Below, piece by piece: positions 58,508-64,000 of a stretch of 64,000 nucleotides of DNA. A program made the position numbers and the translations under genes. Numbering within the stretch: position 1 is the stretch's first letter; each line of letters opens with the position of its first letter. The stretch lies in the NCBI GenBank assembly GCA_046734875.1, contig JBKPSF010000035.1, forward strand, positions 7,907 to 71,906. Direction: 5' to 3'. The notes under the pieces are model-generated. The model saw only the letters and a program-made list of their open reading frames with translations. It ran no database searches and had not been told where the DNA came from. This DNA comes from Actinomycetota bacterium. Lineage in GTDB: Bacteria > Actinomycetota > Rubrobacteria > Rubrobacterales > Rubrobacteraceae.

Positions 58508-60160
58508 ATGGCGGATAGTGCTACGAGCAAGGCTGGTTTCGTCGCGACCGAGGTTCTGGCGCGGGCCGGCGTCAAACGACTGTATACCGTGCCAGGCGAG
58601 AGCTTCCTGGAGGTTTTGGACGCGTCCGAGCGTCATCCGGAACTATCCCTGATCTCGACCCGCCACGAGTCAGGTGCTTCGTTTATGGCGGAGGCAGACG
58701 CCAAACTGACCGGGATGCCCGCCGTTGCGATGGCGACGAGGGGCGTGGGGGCGTCGAACCTCGCGATCGGGGTTCACACCGCGATGCAGGACTCCTCTCC
58801 GATGCTGGTCTTGCTTGGCCAGGTGGAGACGGACTTCCTCGGCAGGGAGGCGTTCCAGGAGGTAGATCTTCCCGCGTTCTACGCCCAGATCACGAAGTGG
58901 TCCGCAACGGTGAACCGGGCCGACCGCCTGCCCGAGTTCGTAGCTAGAGCACTGAGGATCGCAACCTCGGGCCGTCCAGGCCCCGTGATGCTGGCCCTGC
59001 CGGCCGACGTGCTGGGCGAAGAGATCGGCGCGGACCTCGAGACCAGATTACAGACCTCGCCCGTCGCGGGCCCTGACCCCGAGCAGGTCCAGGCCGTCGT
59101 CCGCAGGCTCGCCGCCGCGCGCCGCCCCGTCATCATCGCCGGCGGCGGAGCACGTGGCGCGCGGGAGGCTTTGACCTCCTTCGCCGAGGCGTGGGGAGCC
59201 GGCATCTACGCGTCCTTCCGCAGGCAAGACGTCTTCCCGAACGAGCATCCGAACTACCTGGGACACCTTACGCTGGGCACGCCACCCGAGACCCTGAAAG
59301 CCCTGGAGGGGGCGGATCTCGTCCTCGTGATCGGCTGCCGCCTGAGCGAGGTGACGACCCAGAGCTACACGCTCCCGCGCAACGATCAGGCGGTAATACA
59401 GGTGGACGCAGATCCCGACGAGGTGGGGGCGACGATCCGCGCCGAGATCGGCATGGTCTCAGACGCTCGGTCCGCCCTTTCAGCCTTCACCGCCAAGGCC
59501 CCGCCAGAGCCTCCGCCGCGAGACTGGTCCGAAGCCCACGGGACGTACCTCGAGTCCAGCACCATACCTCAAGGTCGTTCCTCGGGAGGGATCGACCCCT
59601 CGCAGGTCGTCGAAGCCATGCTGGAGACACTGCCGGGGGACGCCCTGATCACCAACGACGCAGGAAACTTCTCGGTGTTCATCCACCGCTACTGGCGCTA
59701 CAACCACCCGGATACGCAGCTGGCCTCGACGAACGGCGCGATGGGCTACGGCGTCCCGGCCGCCGTGGCGGCGAAGCTCGCTGCGCCCGACAGGACCGTC
59801 GTGGCGTGCTGTGGCGACGGAGGTTTCCTCATGACCGGCCAGGAGATGGAAACGGCCGTCAGGTACGGCGCCCCCATAACCGTAATAGTGTTCCGCAACG
59901 GGCTGCAAGGCACCATAGCCATGCACCAGAAAAGGGACCTCGGCCGGATGGCCGGCGTCGAGATTGGCGCGGTAGACCTCGCCGGCTACGCCAGGAGCCT
60001 CGGAGCCGAGGGCCACACCGTCAGCGACCCCGAAGAGCTGGCGCCAGCCCTACAGGCCGCAGCGGCCTCCGAAGCCGTCAGCCTCGTGGATGTGGTAACG
60101 GACCCCGATGTGATCAGCCCGATGGTCAAACTCTCGGAGCTGACCGCAGAAACCCCCTGA
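58508..60160 (+). CDS. Thiamine-pyrophosphate-dependent enzyme (ALS-like)
   Basis: VPGES, RHE, GRPGPV, GAMGYG, GDGGFLM. Confidence 0.92.
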   Translation: MADSATSKAGFVATEVLARAGVKRLYTVPGESFLEVLDASERHPELSLISTRHESGASFMAEADAKLTGMPAVAMATRGVGASNLAIGVHTAMQDSSPMLVLLGQVETDFLGREAFQEVDLPAFYAQITKWSATVNRADRLPEFVARALRIATSGRPGPVMLALPADVLGEEIGADLETRLQTSPVAGPDPEQVQAVVRRLAAARRPVIIAGGGARGAREALTSFAEAWGAGIYASFRRQDVFPNEHPNYLGHLTLGTPPETLKALEGADLVLVIGCRLSEVTTQSYTLPRNDQAVIQVDADPDEVGATIRAEIGMVSDARSALSAFTAKAPPEPPPRDWSEAHGTYLESSTIPQGRSSGGIDPSQVVEAMLETLPGDALITNDAGNFSVFIHRYWRYNHPDTQLASTNGAMGYGVPAAVAAKLAAPDRTVVACCGDGGFLMTGQEMETAVRYGAPITVIVFRNGLQGTIAMHQKRDLGRMAGVEIGAVDLAGYARSLGAEGHTVSDPEELAPALQAAAASEAVSLVDVVTDPDVISPMVKLSELTAETP

Positions 60161-60165
60161 TGTAC

Positions 60166-60663
60166 CTAGCCCGTTCCGCGATCGACGTGATCCCTATCCG
60201 GGTGCGCCGTGATGGAGGCTTCGACCGAGCCCGAGTTGGCGGCGACCTGCCGGATCATGGCCTTTATCAGCCGCCGCTGCCGGTCCCCCCTGGCCTCCCC
60301 GTAGAGCCTGCGTAGGCGCGCCTCTTCCTCCTCCAACCTCGCGGAGAGTAGAGCAAGCCCCTCGATGGTGGCGGCCTCCAACTCCCTCTCGAACTCCTCG
60401 TCGTCAGACGCCATCGACCACTCCAGCGAGAGCCGCGCGGGAACGCGCCGCCCACCAGAACGAGGCAACAAATCCTCCGGCTCCACCTCGAGGGCCACGG
60501 CCAGCTTGCGCACCGTCCCGAAGTGCGGACGCGAGATCCTGCCGTTCTCGATCCCGGATACCGTCGTAGGGCTTACCCCAGCCTCCTCGGCGAGCCGAAC
60601 CTGCGTCCACATGCGCGTCTCCCTCAAGACCATCAGGTTTCTTCTTACGACGCTCCTGTCCAT
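60166..60663 (-). CDS. XRE-family HTH regulator
   Basis: WTQVRLAEEAGVSPTTVSGIENG; ATG 60663 with AAGG RBS. Confidence 0.85.
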   Translation of the reverse strand: MDRSVVRRNLMVLRETRMWTQVRLAEEAGVSPTTVSGIENGRISRPHFGTVRKLAVALEVEPEDLLPRSGGRRVPARLSLEWSMASDDEEFERELEAATIEGLALLSARLEEEEARLRRLYGEARGDRQRRLIKAMIRQVAANSGSVEASITAHPDRDHVDRGTG

Positions 60664-60748
60664 CGCTTCCTTTCTTCCAAACTCATCCCTACCATACCAT
60701 GATCTGAGCCAAAACTGTATAAAAACACAAAAAACTGTCATATATCTG

Positions 60749-60776
60749 TTTACAAACTGTTGTACAGGGATATAAT
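60749..60776 (+). promoter_or_regulatory. SigA-type promoter of hsp20 (TTTACA-N16-TATAAT) with CTGT/ACA operator-like repeats
   Basis: AT-rich divergent intergenic region; perfect -10. Confidence 0.65.
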
Positions 60777-60838
60777 GTCCGTGCGGTTGGCAAGAGTGGC
60801 TCCGTTGGGGAGTCGCAGAGAACAAGGAGGTAGTCGAG

Positions 60839-61321
60839 ATGGCTTTGAGTCCCTTCCGCGGTTTCTATGACATGCAGAGTGAGATGAACAGGATGTTCGA
60901 CGAGGTGTTCGGCGACGTTGCCCGCAGGAGCGGCAGGCAGCAGGGTGAGGCCCCGACGCGTTGGGCGCCGGTGCTTGACGTGTTGCAGGAGGACGGCGAC
61001 ATCGTCGTCAGGGCCGAGTTGCCTGGCGTGAAGCCCGAGGACGTGGACGTCACGTTGCACAACGGGGTATTGACCATCGCCGGAAAGCGCGAGGCCGAGG
61101 AGCAGCGCGAGGGTTCCGGCTTTATTGTGCGGGAGCGGCGCTACGGTTCTTTCCGCAGGAGCATGACGTTGCCGCAGGGCGTGGACGAGAGCAGCATCGG
61201 CGCCCGCTTCGAAGACGGCGTGCTGGAGGTAAGGGTCACCGGTGCGGCGGCTGTACAGGAGCCAAGGCGCATCCAGATCGAGGGCGACAGCGATTCGGAG
61301 AACGGCAGCTCCGAGGGCTAA
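60839..61321 (+). CDS. hsp20: Hsp20/alpha-crystallin small heat-shock protein
   Basis: AELPGV, ERRYGSFRRS, ARFEDGVL. Confidence 0.95.
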   Translation: MALSPFRGFYDMQSEMNRMFDEVFGDVARRSGRQQGEAPTRWAPVLDVLQEDGDIVVRAELPGVKPEDVDVTLHNGVLTIAGKREAEEQREGSGFIVRERRYGSFRRSMTLPQGVDESSIGARFEDGVLEVRVTGAAAVQEPRRIQIEGDSDSENGSSEG

Positions 61322-61344
61322 CCGATACACATCCCTCTGGTCGG

Positions 61345-61371
61345 ACCGGGGCCCTCGCGGCCCCGGTTTTT
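61345..61371 (+). terminator. Intrinsic terminator
   Basis: ACCGGGGCC-ctcgc-GGCCCCGGT-TTTT. Confidence 0.75.
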
Positions 61372-61398
61372 CCATGCCGCGCGGTTAAACTGGTCCTC

Positions 61399-61596
61399 AT
61401 GGGTGACGTGGAGCGCCGGATCGAGGAAGAGCGGGCCAGGGTCGAGGCCGAGTACAGGAAGGTCCTGAAGACCTCGGTGGAGTTCGAGCGGAGGATCAGG
61501 GACCGTTGGCGCCAGAAGTGTCGAGAGAAGAACCGCCAAATCGCCGAACTCGAGCAACGCGTCGCCGAGCTGGAGCGACGGCTCGATGGGGGTTAG
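61399..61596 (+). CDS. Small coiled-coil hypothetical protein
   Basis: E/R/K-rich heptads (IAELEQRVAELERRL); high GC3. Confidence 0.55.
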   Translation: MGDVERRIEEERARVEAEYRKVLKTSVEFERRIRDRWRQKCREKNRQIAELEQRVAELERRLDGG

Positions 61597-61750
61597 GACC
61601 TAGAGGCACCGGGTTGGCCTCGCGCTTCTAGAGCTTCCAGAGGCCAGCCCGATGCTCTGCCAATCCTCCTCGAACACTTTACCCGCCAGAGCGCCTCCCC
61701 TACGGCATCGGTGCTCTGGCGGGAAAATCACTCGGGGAGTATGAGCGTCG

Positions 61751-62197
61751 TTAGTGGCTAGAGCTATGCCAGTAGTAGAACCACTCCCAGTAGTACTTGC
61801 CAGTGGGTTTGTAGCCGACCCAGGCCTTGAAATAGGGCCTAGTGGAGTTCGGGTCGTTGTACTTGTGATACTGGCAGTAATACCAGTCGTCCCACTGATG
61901 GGGCTTGCCGTCCGGGGTCTTCCAAGTGTAGTAGACGTGGACCCAGTACCACTGCTTGCCTTGGAACGACTTCTTCTGGTATTCCTTGTAGTACTTGTCG
62001 CACCAAGAGCTGTTAGAGGCCTTCTTGTCGCCGTAGTATTGGGAGCCGTCCGGTTCGCAGTACTTGAAGTAGCTGGTGGGGTAGTAGTTCTTGGAGTACT
62101 TGCTCCCCTCACCGGGTCCGGGCTGCCAGGCCAAGACCGGAGAAGCCACGAGCATCATCGCCGCCAACACCGCCAAAAGCAGCATCAACCTTCTCAA
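61751..62197 (-). CDS. Secreted Tyr/Trp/Lys-rich protein
   Basis: TTG start with AGGAG RBS; signal peptide ending PVLA; mature region rich in aromatic residues. Confidence 0.8.
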   Translation of the reverse strand: MRRLMLLLAVLAAMMLVASPVLAWQPGPGEGSKYSKNYYPTSYFKYCEPDGSQYYGDKKASNSSWCDKYYKEYQKKSFQGKQWYWVHVYYTWKTPDGKPHQWDDWYYCQYHKYNDPNSTRPYFKAWVGYKPTGKYYWEWFYYWHSSSH

Positions 62198-62322
62198 AAC
62201 GCATTCTCCTTCCCAAGGCAGTTCTCTACTACCTGCTATTTCCTGACGGTTCGAGCTAAAGGACCTCCTTTCCATCAGGGCGGTACTGTAGGGGAAGCCC
62301 GCCATTTGGCACCACAGGAACA

Positions 62323-62372
62323 AGTATGCTTGATTTACAGGAGGTGGTGCAACACGCAAATGTACTATTTTT
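62323..62372 (-). promoter_or_regulatory. Class-2 motif promoter of the Tyr-rich gene
   Basis: Reverse complement: AAAAATAGTACATTTGCGTGTTGCA, 19 nt, CATACT. Confidence 0.6.
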
Positions 62373-62418
62373 CGTGCCGACTCCCCGTCTCCTTCAACCC
62401 TGTTAGCGGGTTCTTCCG

Positions 62419-64000
62419 CTAGTCGTCGAGGTGCGACGAGAGCAAATCGGCGTAGACCTTCTGGGCTTTAGGGCGCAGATGGTAGCCGTCGTTGTAGAAG
62501 TACTCGGGGTGGTTCTCGCTCGCCGAGTGCCAGTCCACCAACACGGCTTTCTCGTATCTTTCGACGCCTTCGGAGATCACCTCGTTGTTCGGCTCCTCCC
62601 AGGAGCGGGGGACCTTGACGTTGACGAAGACCACCTTGTCGACGCCGGAGAGCACGCGCATGATCTGGCCGAACTCCTGTCTGGTAAAGGTGCCGTTGTT
62701 GCCGAGGTGGACGATCACCAGGCTCCCCAGTTGCCCCGTGGCACGGCGGGACTTGAGGATGGCGATCGCGTCGTAGACCTGCAAACCAACCTCCGCGTCG
62801 ACGACCCCGAGACGCCTTATATCCTTCTGAAGGCTCGGAACGGCGCCGAGCATCACCGAATCGCCGATGGCGCTGACCGAGCCCGTGTAAGCGGAAACGC
62901 GCCCATCATTCGAGGCCGTGGAAGCCTTTGCTTCGTTCTTCTGTGACTTCGCGTCCTGGGCCGCCGCGTCATGTTCACTGACCTTCTCCGGCGGCTTCGC
63001 GTAGTTTGGGGAGGACGGTTCGTGCTGGGGTTGTTGCGCGGTGTGGACCGCCTTCATGTCGGCCAGGTAATCCGGCTTCTCCGGCGGTTTGGCGTGGGCC
63101 ACGGCCACGCCGAGCAGCGCCAGCGAGGCCAGGATGGGCAGGACTGCGCCGGCCCACTGGAGCCGGAGCTGCCGGCGCCTGTGTCCTTGCGCCTCGCGGA
63201 GTGTCTTCCAGGCGCGTCCCAGGGCGCCGCGGCGGATCGGCGTCTCTACGAAGCGGTAGGAGAGGTCGGCCAGCACGATAGTAAGGGTCAGACGCAGGGC
63301 TAGCAGGGGCAGCCCGCCGAAGGGCACGTCGAGCTCGGGACGGGTCACCATAAAGACGGGCCAGTGCCAGAGGTAGATGCCGTAGGAGCGCACCCCCAGC
63401 CAGCGCATCGGGGCCGACCCCAGGAAGCGGGAGCCGATGTGCGCGTAGGGGTGGACGACGGCCGCAATCGCCGCCACGGTCGCGAGCGCCACCAGGACGA
63501 ACCCCCCCCGGTAGAGGAACGGTTCGAACTCGCCGAGGTTGAGGAAGAGAAGGATCAGTGCGCCCAGAGCGCCGATACCGAGCACGTCGAGCAGGAGCGG
63601 TGCCGTCCACCCCCAGCGGCGCATGAACCGTCCACGACCGGGGAGCCTGTGGCGGTGGTGGCGGGTCTCGGCCGGACGGTGCTTGTCCTGCGGCGACCAA
63701 AGGAAGGCGAGGGCGGCGCCGCACAGCAGGCCCGTAGCCCGGGTGTCGGTGCCGTAGTAGATCCTGGAAGGGTCTACACCCGGCGTATACAGGAGCGCCA
63801 TCGCCATCGCCGACGCCCCGGCGCCCACCAGAGCCACCGTCAGCACACGCCGGCGCCTCAGGCTCGTGGCCCCCACGCCCAGCCCCACGGCCAGAACCAC
63901 AGGCCAGATCAGGTAGAACTGCTCCTCAACCGCCAGAGACCACAAATGCTGCAGCACAGAAGGTCTTCCCACGGACTCGAAGTAGGACTCCTGGCCCAAG
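62419..64000 (-). CDS. OatA-like acyltransferase-3 + SGNH O-acetyltransferase (5' part outside the window)
   Basis: HLWSLAVEEQFY, YYGTDTR, SYGIYLWHWP, GDSV, DGYH. Confidence 0.92.
   Translation of the reverse strand, partial: LGQESYFESVGRPSVLQHLWSLAVEEQFYLIWPVVLAVGLGVGATSLRRRRVLTVALVGAGASAMAMALLYTPGVDPSRIYYGTDTRATGLLCGAALAFLWSPQDKHRPAETRHHRHRLPGRGRFMRRWGWTAPLLLDVLGIGALGALILLFLNLGEFEPFLYRGGFVLVALATVAAIAAVVHPYAHIGSRFLGSAPMRWLGVRSYGIYLWHWPVFMVTRPELDVPFGGLPLLALRLTLTIVLADLSYRFVETPIRRGALGRAWKTLREAQGHRRRQLRLQWAGAVLPILASLALLGVAVAHAKPPEKPDYLADMKAVHTAQQPQHEPSSPNYAKPPEKVSEHDAAAQDAKSQKNEAKASTASNDGRVSAYTGSVSAIGDSVMLGAVPSLQKDIRRLGVVDAEVGLQVYDAIAILKSRRATGQLGSLVIVHLGNNGTFTRQEFGQIMRVLSGVDKVVFVNVKVPRSWEEPNNEVISEGVERYEKAVLVDWHSASENHPEYFYNDGYHLRPKAQKVYADLLSSHLDD

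Noticed and set aside
60715-60730. CTGT-N8-ACAA resembling an E. coli LexA box
   Set aside because: Imperfect, and Gram-positive LexA boxes are GAAC-N4-GTTC.

Overview
GC-rich bacterial chromosomal window, probably from a Rubrobacter-like actinobacterium (inferred from gene content and repeat style, not from a marker gene). Contents in order: sulfotransferase genes and remnants; a copper amine oxidase; small accessory genes (Tat hydrolase, HEPN-like Zn-ribbon protein, PepSY); a 14-kb aryl-CoA catabolic cluster pairing a benzoate-CoA-ligase-family enzyme with a divergent PaaABCD-like di-iron oxygenase, with no PaaE, PaaK or PaaZ; a patch of deletion-fused pseudogenes; a ClpG-like AAA+ chaperone; a peptidase/Opp-type ABC operon; two large SARP(wHTH-BTAD)-NB-ARC-TPR-LuxR regulators flanking secreted-protein genes; metabolic genes (DAO, TPP enzyme); XRE/Hsp20; a Tyr/Trp/Lys-rich secreted protein; and a partial OatA-like acyltransferase. 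The main non-coding signal is a 71-bp gap-free promoter module present four times: a TAGTCA-N3-TGACTA palindrome, two 11-bp direct repeats, an 8-nt spacer and a -10 box. Its two parts match the two DNA-binding domains of the SARP-STAND-LuxR regulators. A second, related 25-bp motif lies exactly 19 nt before a -10-like hexamer at three other loci. No rRNA, tRNA, CRISPR array or transposase was seen. All calls come from motif recognition by eye; no database searches were run.
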